From the NCBI RefSeq assembly GCF_004010195.1, contig NC_057750.1:6287858-6307857 (forward strand): 20,000 nucleotides of DNA, read 5' to 3'. The DNA is from Chiloscyllium plagiosum (taxonomy: Eukaryota). The notes beneath the pieces are model-generated. The model was not told the DNA's origin, searched no databases, and saw nothing but the letters and a program-made list of their open reading frames with translations. Positions 1-8,175 of the stretch are shown piece by piece. Within the stretch, counting starts at the first letter, position 1. Each line of letters opens with the position of its first letter. A program made the position numbers and the translations under genes.

Positions 1-680
1 CCTTATCCCTCTATTTTCCTAACCCTTATCCAAATGTCTTTTCAATGTTTTAATTATGTCCACATCCACCACTTCCTCTGGAAGTTAATTCCACACATGA
101 ACCACTCTCTGTGTAAAACAAGTTGCCCTTATGTGCTTTTTAAATCTTTCCCCTCGCACCTTAAAAATATGCCGCCTCATTTTGAATTCTTCCACTTTAG
201 TGAAAAGATTTGCTTTTCACCTTATGTCTGCCCCTCATGATTTTATAAATATCATAAGGTCACCCCTCAGCCTCCTACGCTTCAGTGAAAAGCTTCCCAG
301 TCTGCCCGGAAACAAACACAGAAATTGCTGGAAAAGCTCAGCAGGTCTGGCAGCATCTGCGGGAGAGAAATCAGAGTTAGCGTTTCAGGTCCGGTGACCC
401 TCAGAACCCTGAGGAAGGATCACAGGACCCGAAACGTTAACTCTGATTTCTCTCCCGCAGATGCTGCCAGACCTGCTGAGCTTTTCCGGCAACTTCAGTT
501 TTTGTTTCTAATGGACAGCATCCGCAGTTATTTCGATTTTTATCCAGCCTCTCCTCATAACTCAAACTCTCCATTCCCAGCAACATCCTGGGAAATCTCT
601 TCTGAACCCCCTCCAGTTTAATAAAATCCTTCCTACACAGTACTCAAGAAGAAGCCTCCCCAACGTCCTGTACAACCTCA
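1..680 (-). mobile_element. CR1-clade (HER1-like) LINE 3' fragment, split by a palindromic element at 309-542
   Basis: 1-304 and 543-680 are collinear with the CR1 copy at 8176-8700 (ACCACTTCCTCTGG, CCCCTCATGATTTTATAAA, GGTCACCCCTCAG, CTCAAAC, CAACATCC). Confidence 0.85.
309..542. mobile_element. Head-to-head palindromic short element (Penelope-like terminus) with hammerhead-type motif
   Basis: Arms 309-~400 and ~417-508 are reverse complements (GGAAAAGCTCAGCAGGTCTGGCAGCATCTGCGGGAGAGAAATCAGAGTT / AACTCTGATTTCTCTCCCGCAGATGCTGCCAGACCTGCTGAGCTTTTCC). The right arm has CTGAGGA-A-GGATC-acag-GACCC-GAAACGTT at 409-438. Confidence 0.75.
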
Positions 681-1215
681 AATTAGTCCTCGCTTTCTGC
701 TCCCTTGCAGCCCTGAGGAATGCTTTGTTACTTGAAGAGAGTGATAAAACTCTGGGTCATTGGGCAACATATTGAACTCAAACTTAATTCATCTTTCTCG
801 AGTGCTGTGTGTGAACTTATATCCAATCAGCAACTTGTTCCATGAGTAAAAATAACCATGCAAGATCAAATATCTCAACACGCAAAGCGAGTGTGTACAA
901 TGCTCTTACTTAACTTGAGTACAGCAATGAATCTCTCTTATGGATTTTCCATGTTGCGTTTGGGTATTGTCATGGCAACAGTGGTAGAAAGCTCCATGAC
1001 CTTTACCATGACTCCAACCACCCCATGTCAACTCCCACTCTGTCCCTCCAGTCCCGTTTTACTGTGGAGAACTGCTGATTCAGATTGATACTGACTCTCA
1101 TTCCTGGTTTCCTCATCAGCGAGATCAATCATGTGTGAGATGTCTTGGCCATTGGCATCTGCTTGAGGTCTAGAGTTGCACTTAGAGAGAGGGCGAGAGT
1201 CAGAGAGAGCTATAG

Positions 1216-1473
1216 AAGGTAGAGGTGGCAAGGGCATGGGTAGGATGAGAGGGCAAGGTCTTTTCCCCAAGGTAGGGAAGTCCAAAACTAGAGGGCATAA
1301 GTTTAAGGTGAGGCGGGGGGAGAGTGGGGAAAGATTTAAGAGGGCCCTAAATGAAAACTTTCTCATGCAGAGGATGGTGTGTGTGTACAACAAGTTAGAA
1401 GTGGCGGAGGCTGGTACAGTTACAACATTTAAAAGACATCTGGATGGGTATATGAATAGGGAGGGTATAGAGG
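1216..1473 (+). mobile_element. CR1-clade LINE 3' fragment (left part, host of the RPL19 retrocopy)
   Basis: Encodes degenerate CR1 ORF2 C-terminus (LFPKVGKSKTRGHKFKVR...F..HLDGYM). Collinear with 3955-4326. Confidence 0.9.
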
Positions 1474-1587
1474 CTAGCGAGGAGACACCATGAGTATGCC
1501 CAGGCTTCAGAAGAGGTTTGCCTTCAGCATTCTGCGATGCAGTAAGAAGGAGGTATGGCTGGATCCCAACGAAACAAATGAGATTGA

Positions 1588-1730
1588 TAAAGCTCTTAAA
1601 GATCAAGGGTCATGGAGATAAGGCAGGAACAGGATACTGATTGTGGATGATCAGCCATGATCATAATGAATGGTGGTGCTGGCTCGAAGGGCTGAATGGC
1701 CTACTCCTGCACCTATTGTCTATTGATTGA
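1588..1730 (+). mobile_element. 5'-truncated CR1-type 3' tail inserted in the RPL19 retrocopy
   Basis: GATCAGCCATGATC...AATGG...GGCTCGAAGGGCTGAATGGCCTACTCCTGCACCTATTGTCTATTG, similar to the tail at 18081-18165. Flanked by GATTGA at 1582-1587 and 1725-1730. Removing it restores RPL19 EID/NA. Confidence 0.85.
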
Positions 1731-2085
1731 CAACGCCAGTTCCTGTCAATGGATTTGAAAATCGGTTAAAGATGGTCTGATCATCCGCAAGCCAGTCACT
1801 GTACACTCGATGCAGGAAGAATCGCCTTTGCACGGAGGAAGGGTTGGCAGTTGGGCAATGGTCAGTGAAAGGGTACCTGCTAAAACCCGCATGCCAGCGA
1901 AACTGGCCGAGATGAGGAGAATGAGAATTCTGAGGTGTCTGCTTCACAGATATGGGGAGTCTAAGAAGATTGATCGCCCCATGTATCACAGTCTGTATCT
2001 GTAGGTGAATGGTCACGTGTTGAAGAATAAACACATCTTGACGCTGCACATTCACAAGCTGAAGGCAGACAAGACTTCATTGGCT

Positions 2086-2213
2086 TTGCTGGTGAAGGGC
2101 TTTTACCCGAAACGTCGATTCTCCTGCTCCTCAGATGCTGCCTGACCTGCTGTGCTTTTCCAGCACCACACTAATCTTGACTCTAACCACCAGCATCTGC
2201 AGGCCTCACTTCC
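2086..2213 (+). mobile_element. Short hammerhead-motif element (Penelope-like terminus, family A) inserted in the RPL19 retrocopy
   Basis: CTGGTGAAGGGCTTTTACCCGAAACGTCGATTCTCCTGCTCCTCAGATGCTGCCTGACCTGCTGTGCTTTTCCAGC, same family as 4928-5057, 5290-5465, 9867-9959, 10339-10439 and 16783-16867. TCATTGGCT is duplicated at 2077-2085 and 2223-2231. Confidence 0.75.
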
Positions 2214-2358
2214 ACCCAGAGGTCATTGGCTGACCAGGCTGAAGCTCACAGAGCAAGAACCAAGCGAGCCTGAAAGCACTGTGAGGAACATCTGCAGGCC
2301 AGAAAGGAAGACATCATCAAGACCCTGTCTGAGGAAGAAGAGTCTAAAAAATAAACTC

Positions 2359-2451
2359 ATTGTCTGGATGTAGGTTTGCTCACTGAGCTGGAAGGTTCAT
2401 TTTCAGACGTTTCGTCACCATACTAGATAACATCGTCAGTGAGACTCCGGA
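2359..2451 (-). mobile_element. Short hammerhead-motif element (family C) inserted in the RPL19 3' UTR
   Basis: Minus strand 2442-2403 reads TCA-CTGACGA-T-GTTATC-tagtat-GGTGAC-GAAAC-GTC-TGA: complete catalytic core, 6-bp stem II with G-U pairs, 3-bp stem I. Confidence 0.7.
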
Positions 2452-2514
2452 CAAATTCCTTCTCTTATACAGACTGGCAAAAAATTAAAGATTGCTCATC
2501 ATACTTTAAAAAAA

Positions 2515-2637
2515 AGGGTTTAGAGGGAAATGGGTCAAGTGCTGGCAAATGGGACTAGATTATTGGAGGATATCTGGTCGACATGGATGAGTTAGACCGA
2601 AGGGTCTGTTTCGTGCTGTACGCCTCTATAACTCTAC
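2515..2637 (+). mobile_element. CR1-clade LINE 3' tail (right part, resumes after the RPL19 retrocopy)
   Basis: Continues 1216-1473 exactly as the uninterrupted copy does at 4200-4326 (GGGTTT.GAGGG...GCTGGCAAATGGGAC...GACCGAAGGGTCTGTTTC...CTCTAT.ACTC). Confidence 0.9.
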
Positions 2638-2639
2638 GG

Positions 2640-2845
2640 ATGAAGGGAGAGACACAGGGAGGAAGAAAATACAGGGGTGGGTAGAAGAGGGTCACAGAAT
2701 AGGTGACACAGAGAGTATGTTATAAAGAGAGAAAGAGGGAATGAAAAAGAGAAAGAAAGAGAGTGAGAGAGAGAGAGAGAGAGTGAGAGAAAGAAAGGGG
2801 GTGACAAAACGGAAGAGTGTCAGAGAGAAAGAGGGTGAGAGAGTG
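2640..2845 (+). repeat. GA-rich low-complexity tract / (GA)n
   Basis: Purine-rich run including GAGAGAGAGAGAGAGA at about 2765-2790. Confidence 0.8.
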
Positions 2846-2912
2846 ATCAATGCACTACCAATAAATAAACCAGGGAATGGCTCTTGAGGTGCAGTGGTAG
2901 TGTCTCAGCCTC

Positions 2913-2990
2913 TCCCGAAGGGACAATGCTCTGAAAGCTCGTGATTTCATATAAACCTGTTGGACTGTAACCTGGTGTCATGTGACTTAT
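2913..2990 (+). mobile_element. Degenerate hammerhead-motif element (family D)
   Basis: GAAAGCTCGTGATTTCATATAAACCTGTTGGACTGTAACCTGGTGTCATGTGACTT, homologous to 16188-16328. The CTGAnGA box is decayed. Confidence 0.55.
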
Positions 2991-3009
2991 TGCTGTCACA
3001 TGTCAGCTT

Positions 3010-3140
3010 AACATCCCATTGATAGGACAACATCTCTGACAGGGCAGCAACCCCTCAGTATCACATGGGGTGGACCAGGCTAGCCGAGATCTTTATGGGA
3101 GGGAGGAACTTGAAGTAATAACTTTCTGAAACTGAGCCAA
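3010..3140 (-). mobile_element. Degenerate SINE head, Deu-SINE (SacSINE1/AmnSINE-type) like
   Basis: CTGACAGGGCAGCAACCCCTCAGTA...ACTTGAA...CTGAGCCA resembles the reverse complement of the head at 19140-19260. Family assignment is from recalled consensus. Confidence 0.45.
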
Positions 3141-3391
3141 CGGTTTAGAGAGTTCAAGACTCACCCTAACCCCTGCTGCAAGCAAAAAAACCTCTTGGCT
3201 TTAATGCTGTCAGCATCTATTTGCAAAGTTTGGGATCATACTTTCTCTTTTAAAAGTGTGATCTGAGCCACCGGTTTAGAGAGTTCAAGACTCACCCTAA
3301 CCCCTGCTGCAAGCAAAAAACCTCTTGGCTTTAATGCTGTCAGCATCTATTTGCAAAGTTTGGGATCATACTTTCTCTTTTAAAAGTGTGA
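3132..3391 (+). repeat. Near-perfect tandem duplication of a 131-bp unit
   Basis: CTGAGCCA.CGGTTTAGAGAG...TTTTAAAAGTGTGA at 3132-3262 and 3263-3391, differing by about one substitution and one A in the A-run. Confidence 0.95.
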
Positions 3392-3490
3392 ATTAACAGT
3401 CTTCGACAGGAGGGAGAGATTTAACACTCTTCAACAGGAGGGAGAGAAAGGAGGGAAGGATTTAACAGTCTTTGACTGGAGGGAGAGAAA
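3392..3490 (+). repeat. Three degenerate ~28-bp tandem repeats
   Basis: TTAACA(G/C)TCTT..AC(A/T)GGAGGGAGAGA occurs three times. Confidence 0.75.
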
Positions 3491-3954
3491 GTTTCAGTGA
3501 AATAAGACACACTGGGGAATGCTACTCTGGAGCTGAAATATGAGCTTTGCTTTATATAGAAGGTCAGTGAATGCCAATTGCTCCCATCCCTATTCCAGAG
3601 GCGCGGGGTGGAGGGGGGTCACAGGATTAAATTCTCATGATCAAGCTTATGGCGAGAAATGTCAATGTGTAGTGTGTTAGTGGCTCCATACTATTCCATG
3701 GTAGCAACATTGGGCAACACACTCCTGGCCCCCAAACACGCTGAAGAAATGTCCCAGGAGGTCGTTATGGTCAAAAAGTATATTTTATTCACAAGTATTT
3801 GCAGAATTACATTTCAGACAGATTCAAGAAAGCAGCTCACCTCCATCCCGCGCCCTCCCCACCTTCTCAAGGGGGAATTAAGGGATGCACAATAATTGTT
3901 GGCTGATCGCACCAGAGAATTCAAGACGTTACGATTGGAATACCACAGAAATGA

Positions 3955-4326
3955 TGTTACAAATTTATAAAATCATGAGGGGCACAGATAGGGTGAATAG
4001 GCAAGGTCTTTTCCCTGGGTTGGGGGAGTCCGAAACTAGGGGGCACAAGTTTAAGGTGAGATAAGGACAATCTAATAGGGACCTAAGGGACAACCTTTTC
4101 ATACAGAGGGTGGTGCTCGTGTGGAATGAGCTGCCAGAGGAAGTGGTGGAGGCTGGTACAATTACAGCATTTAAAAGGCATCTGGATGGTGTATGAATAG
4201 GAAGGGTTTGGAGGGATATGGGCTAAGTGCTGGCAAATGGGACGAGATTGGGTTGGGATATCTGGTCGACATGGACGAGTTGGACCGAAGGGTCTGTTTC
4301 CACGCTGTACATCTCTATGACTCCAT
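3955..4326 (+). mobile_element. CR1-clade (HER1-like) LINE 3' end
   Basis: TTTATAAAATCATGAGGGG...ACTAGGGGGCACAAGTTTAAGGTGAG...TGGAATGAGCTGCCAGAGGAAGTGGTGGAGGCTGG, ending in CTCTATGACTC. Reverse complement of 8176-8520. Confidence 0.92.
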
Positions 4327-4669
4327 AAGCCAGCTCTTGGATACCTCAGTACAGTAATTGTTGAAAGTTCAATACCAGGCATAAAGGAAAACATCTCAAT
4401 GGCAGAAAGTAGAACAGGATGGACTTTTCTCTGTGCACCATCATGTCCCACCCGGAGGTCCCTCAATACAATCGCAGTCTCGATCAGAAGTTGAAATGAT
4501 GTTAGATTCACCAACTGAATGATCTTCAAAGTTCCGGAAGCAAGATTGTTTTCCTCTGACAACTTCACCGCTCCCCAAACCTCACAGTCACCCAGTGCCT
4601 GTCAGCTCCCCTTCAATCTCCCACCGTCCTACAGCTCTGATTTTCTTTTAGATCATTGCTTCACAGAAT

Positions 4670-5110
4670 GAAATTCACAGAATGTGGGCTTTCCTGGCCG
4701 GGCCAGCACTTATTGCCCCATCCCTAATTGCCTCACAGAGCCACTCAGAGTCAACCCCATTGCTGTGGGTCTGGAGCCACGTGTAGGCCCAGACCAGGTA
4801 AGGATGGCAGTTTCCTTCACTAAAGGACATTTGGGAACCAGATGGGTTTTTCCAACAATGGAGTCCTGGTTGCCATTAGACTCCAGCTTTTTACTGAATT
4901 AAAGTCTGTACCATTTACCATGGCAGGATTCCTGAAGAAGGGCTCCAGCCCGAAACGTCGCCTCTCCTGCTACTCGGATGCTGCCTGACCTGCTGTGCTT
5001 TTCCAGCGCCACACTCTCGACTCTGATCTCCAGCATTTGCAGACCTCACTTTCTCCTGGAGCGTCAAAGTACCAACCCGGGGTTAACAGGGCTAGTGATA
5101 TTATTTCTGC
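4670..5110 (-). mobile_element. tRNA-derived SINE with CR1-type tail, interrupted at 4928-5057
   Basis: Reverse complement of the copies at 13278-13590 and 15498-15820 (TTATTGCCCCATCCCTAATTGCC, CCAGACCAGGTAAGGATGGCAGTTTCCTTC, AACCAGATGGGTTTT). Confidence 0.8.
4928..5057 (+). mobile_element. Short hammerhead-motif element (family A)
   Basis: ATTC-CTGAAGA-A-GGGCT-cc-AGCCC-GAAAC-GTC at 4928-4959, followed by the family A tail. Confidence 0.75.
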
Positions 5111-5289
5111 GTCAGCAACTCCCTTGGGGGATAATGAGGTTAGTCATTTTGTCCCAGGTAGCTGCTTAATTCGGTAAAAAGCTGGAGTGAAGTGTCTAAT
5201 GACAACCAGGAATCCATTGTCGATCGTTGGAAAAACCCATCTGGCTTTTGTCATCGGTAGGTCTTGCCTTCTAGCTGGGCTGCGTGCCA

Positions 5290-5465
5290 AGGAGAAAGTG
5301 AGGACTGCAGATGCTGGAGATCAGAATCGAGAGTGTGGCGCTGGAAAAGCACAGCAGGTCAGGCAGCATCCGAGGAGCAGGATTCTGATGAAGGGCCCCT
5401 GCCCAAAACGTTGATTCTCCACCTCGGATGCTGCCTGACTTGCTGTGCTTTTCCAGCAACACACT
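5290..5465. mobile_element. Head-to-head palindromic family A element
   Basis: The left arm GCTGGAAAAGCACAGCAGGTCAGGCAGCATCCGAGG is the reverse complement of the right arm CCTCGGATGCTGCCTGACTTGCTGTGCTTTTCCAGC. Central CTGATGAAGGGCCCCTGCCCAAAACGTT has GAAA mutated to AAAA. Confidence 0.75.
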
Positions 5466-5694
5466 GCATGCCAAGGATCCTATGTGAGATACTGAGGGAC
5501 AGCAAAGGTGGTCTTCCCCAACATCTTGGCCAATAACTATCCCTCCGCCAACATCACCAAAACATCCAACCTGAAATAACTGCACATAGGCCGGTATCCC
5601 ATCACCCTTCAATTACATGGACATGGGCTCTGACCAGCCAGCTCAGAGCCAGGCCCTGGAGCGAGGAGACTCTCTGACACTCCTGCTTATATAT

Positions 5695-6113
5695 TTATTT
5701 ATTTATAGAGTCATAGAGATGTACAGCACGGAAACAGACCCTTCGGTCCAACCCGTCCATGCTGACTAGATATCCCAACCCAATCTAGTCCCACCTGCCA
5801 ACACCCAGCCCATATCCCTCCAAACCCTTCCTATTCATGTACCCATCCAGATGCCTTTTAAATGTTGTAATTGTACCAGCCTCCACCACTTCCTCATTCC
5901 ATACACACTTCACTAACCTATCTACCTGCGACTCCACTTTCAAGGAGCTATGAATCTGCACTCCAAGGTCTCTTTGTTCATATTTTTTTATTGATTTATT
6001 TTTCTCTTTTTAAAAATCTTTTATTTTTTTTTAACAGTGAATGAATGAGTGTGAAAAACTTTATTCACGTTCCACCACCAGGAAGAAAGGAAACAGAGGG
6101 CAATGCTGTGTGA
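5695..6113 (-). mobile_element. 5'-truncated L1/Tx1-like 3' end with A-rich tail, containing a CR1 insertion
   Basis: T-rich tract on the + strand (5695-5705, 5981-6035) and short body 6040-6113. Flanked by ~17-bp direct repeats ACACTCCTG(CT/A)TATATAT at 5677-5694 and 6114-6130. Confidence 0.55.
5706..5980 (-). mobile_element. CR1-clade LINE 3' end
   Basis: Begins AGAGTCATAGAGATGTACAGCACGGAAACAGACCCTTCGGTCC; 5706-5905 is nearly identical to the start of 8176-8700. Confidence 0.92.
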
Positions 6114-6461
6114 ACACTCCTGATATATATCTGTCAGCCAGGGTTCCCTGATTGACCCCAGTTTAACAACCCCAATCAGGGAGCTCACGGTCAAGAGGAT
6201 GCACCTGGTTCCGGGCACTGCACAATCATTGCCATTTGTGGGAGCTGCCCGTGAGCGAATTGGCTGCATTTCCTACAAGTAGGGAATGCAGTGGTGCATT
6301 TTGGGACGTCCGATGGCCAGGTGATAGGTGCAGACGTTTCTTTCCCCTTTATCCGGAACGCCGGAGCCTACGGATGTGGGAATTTTGCCTTCCCCCTCAA
6401 TGTTTTTTTTTTCGCCTGGGGGTGGGGTTTGGGGGAGGAACTGTACAATGTAGATATGGTA

Positions 6462-6654
6462 CAACCCTCCCCTATCCCCGGATTCAGTATCTGCAGTTTC
6501 AGTGATCCACAGTTTACCGGGGCCCAAATATATGACATGGAACATTCCAGAAATAATTCCAGGGAGGTAGGTTTCCCATTTAAATGATAGATTTCGCTAC
6601 TACCCGCGGTAGGTCTTGGAACGTATCACCCACGGATACTGGGGAGGAGACCTG
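6462..6654. mobile_element. Tigger/pogo-type MITE resembling MER44
   Basis: TA flanks at 6460-6461 and 6655-6656. Degenerate TIRs CA..CCTCCCC-TATCC / GGATACTGGGGAGG...TG. Internal ATGGAACATTCCAGAAATAA and GGTCTTGGAACGTATCACCCACGGATA match my recollection of MER44/Tigger7. Confidence 0.65.
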
Positions 6655-6715
6655 TACTCACCACATGGACCAACACTTGGTCATCAGGAAATGTTCCTTC
6701 CCATGGCAATTTGAT

Positions 6716-7470
6716 TTTTATCCCTACAGTGTGGAAACAGGCCCTTTGGCCCAACAAGTCCACACTGACCCGCTGAGAGTAATCCACCCAGACCCATTCC
6801 TTCTACCCTATTATCCTATATTTACTCCAGACTAATGCACCTAACCTGAACATCCCTGGGCACTATGGGTAATTCAGCACGGTCAATCCACCCTAACCTG
6901 CACATCCCTGGGCACTATGGGTAATTCAGCATGGCCAATCCACCCTAACCTGCACACCCCTGTACACTATGGGTAGTTTAGCATGGTCAATCCACCCTAA
7001 CCTGCACATCCCTGGGCACTCTGGGGTAATTTAGCATGGTCAATCCACGCTAACCTGCACATCCCTGGGAACTATGGGAAATTTAGCATGGTCAATCCAC
7101 CCTAACCTGCACATCCCTGGGCACTATGGGTAATTCAGCATGGCCAATCCACCCTAACCTACACATCCCTGTACACTATGGGGCAATTTAGCATGGCCAA
7201 TCCACCCTAACCTACACATCCCTGTACACTATGGGGTAATTTAGCACGGCCAATCCACCCTAACCTACACATCCCTGACCACTATGGGGTAATTTCCCAC
7301 GACCAATCCACCCTAACCTGTACACCTTTGGACTGTGGGAGGAAACTGGAGCACCCGTAGGAAACCCACGCAGACACGGAGAGAACGTGCAAACTCCACA
7401 GTCGCCCGAGGCTGGGATCGAACCTGGGTCCCTGGTGCCGTGAGGCAGCAGTGCTAACCACTGAGCCACA
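6716..7470 (-). mobile_element. HE1-like V-SINE with internal tandem expansion
   Basis: On the minus strand: A box TGGCTCAGTGG (7468-7458), B box GGTTCGATCCC (7424-7414), V-domain TGTGGAGTTTGCACGTTCTCTCCGTGTCTGCGTGGGTTTCC...CTCCCACAGTCCAAAG, and CR1-type tail GGGCCAAAGGGCCTGTTTCCACACTGTAGGGAT. Confidence 0.92.
6841..7325 (+). repeat. ~52-bp minisatellite, about 9 copies, inside the V-SINE
   Basis: CTAACCT recurs at 6841, 6893, 6945, 6997, 7050, 7102, 7154, 7207, 7260 and 7313. Unit is CTAACCTGCACATCCCTGGGCACTATGGGTAATT(C/T)AGCATGG(C/T)CAATCCACC. Confidence 0.95.
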
Positions 7471-7849
7471 CCCTGGGGTAGACCTAGGACATTGTCTTTT
7501 TTTTTTGGAAGTGCAGGTGGGTGAGGGGCATCGAGGTGGGTCAGGGTCTCCACAGTTAGTCCCTATTGAACAATGGTATGCTTGGCATCTGAGGGGCAGC
7601 TGTTGGCAGTTAAAGAATCGCGATGAAGGCCTGAAACTCAGCCAGAGAGAGGACAGCTGCGGAGACACATGAATCCCGGCCTTCATGGCTGCTCAGGTCC
7701 TACCCCTCCCCCCACCCCCCGTTAATCCTGAGGTCACGGTGTCACAAGCTCGTGAGTTCTTGTCAGGTCGTTGCAAGTTCCGTTTCTGACAGCTTCTTGC
7801 TTCCATGGCCAACCGGGGCCGGGGAGGGGAATCGCAGGGCTCATTCGAG

Positions 7850-8140
7850 TAACAGCTGCATTTACATAGCGCCCTTTGGCGTGATGAAACACGCCACAGT
7901 GCCTCAGGGAGGGCCACTGCCCAACACGACACGTCAGTGAGGCGCATAAAGCACAACACGATGAGAGACACACACGAGGCTGAAGGCAGAGGAGGTTAAG
8001 AGAGGTAGGAAGGCTTCGGGAGGGGACTCCCCAGAATGTCGGGGCCCAGGCAACTGGCCGTCGGGAATGGACTGACAAAAGTCCGGGGATCCATAAGGTT
8101 TTGGAATTGGAGGCACAAAGAGATCTCAGAGGGTATCGAG
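7850..8140 (-). mobile_element. Old L2-like LINE 3' end
   Basis: TGCATTTACATAGCGCCCTTT tail motif and GGAGGCACAAAGAGATCTCAGAG, which is the reverse complement of CTCTGAGATCTCTGTGCTCC at 14005-14024. Confidence 0.55.
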
Positions 8141-8175
8141 AGGGAGATGAGAATTGAATTGATCAATCAATCCAC

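Larger units (their letters stand above)
1474..2515 (+). pseudogene. RPL19: Processed pseudogene (retrocopy) of 60S ribosomal protein L19 (eL19), interrupted by three later insertions
   Basis: ATG at 1490 reads [33 protein letters not shown]. After an insertion it resumes [25 protein letters not shown], then [61 protein letters not shown]. After a second insertion it reads [41 protein letters not shown], stop TAA 2352-2354. This matches vertebrate RPL19 along its full length. Premature stops (TGA 1756-1758, TAG 2002-2004) and frameshifts are present, there are no introns, ATTAAA is at 2484-2489, A8 at 2508-2515, and the flanking duplication is AGGGT(A/T)TAGAGG at 1462-1473 / 2515-2526. Confidence 0.97.
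5572..6222 (-). mobile_element. Solo LTR (Gypsy-like), interrupted at 5695-6113
   Basis: TG...CA ends with a 5-bp flanking duplication CAACC (5567-5571) / CAATC (6223-6227). Internal CCCTGATTG/CAATCAGGG inverted motif and a TATA-like run. Resembles a recalled shark solo-LTR consensus. Confidence 0.65.
5475..6345 (+). mobile_element. Deu-domain SINE (SacSINE1/AmnSINE-type) split by nested insertions; SINE parts at 5475-5571 and 6223-6345
   Basis: GGCCAATAACTATCCCTCCGCCAACATCAC (5528-5557) joined to ATTGCCATTTGTGGGAGCTG...AATTGGCTGC..TTTCCTACA...TTTGGGACGTCC (6228-6311) reproduces the order seen unbroken at 13735-13870. Confidence 0.65.

Noticed and set aside
1028..1606. 192-aa minus-strand ORF
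   Set aside because: A chimera of antisense RPL19 retrocopy, antisense CR1 and unassigned sequence.
1490..2354. Functional intron-containing RPL19 gene
   Set aside because: Multiple stops and frameshifts. The interruptions are transposon fragments without GT-AG ends, and poly(A) and a TSD are present.
4083..4568. 161-aa minus-strand ORF
   Set aside because: Half of it is antisense CR1 tail; the rest (4327-4640) has no motif I can recognise.
6656..6720. Possible minus-strand splice donor (GTGAGTA) beside the MITE
   Set aside because: No matching acceptor or recognisable coding frame, and the motif overlaps the MITE's TA flank.
7410..7470. tRNA gene (also 16400-16460, 15500-15580)
   Set aside because: The A/B boxes belong to SINE heads followed by SINE body and LINE-type tail; no full cloverleaf.
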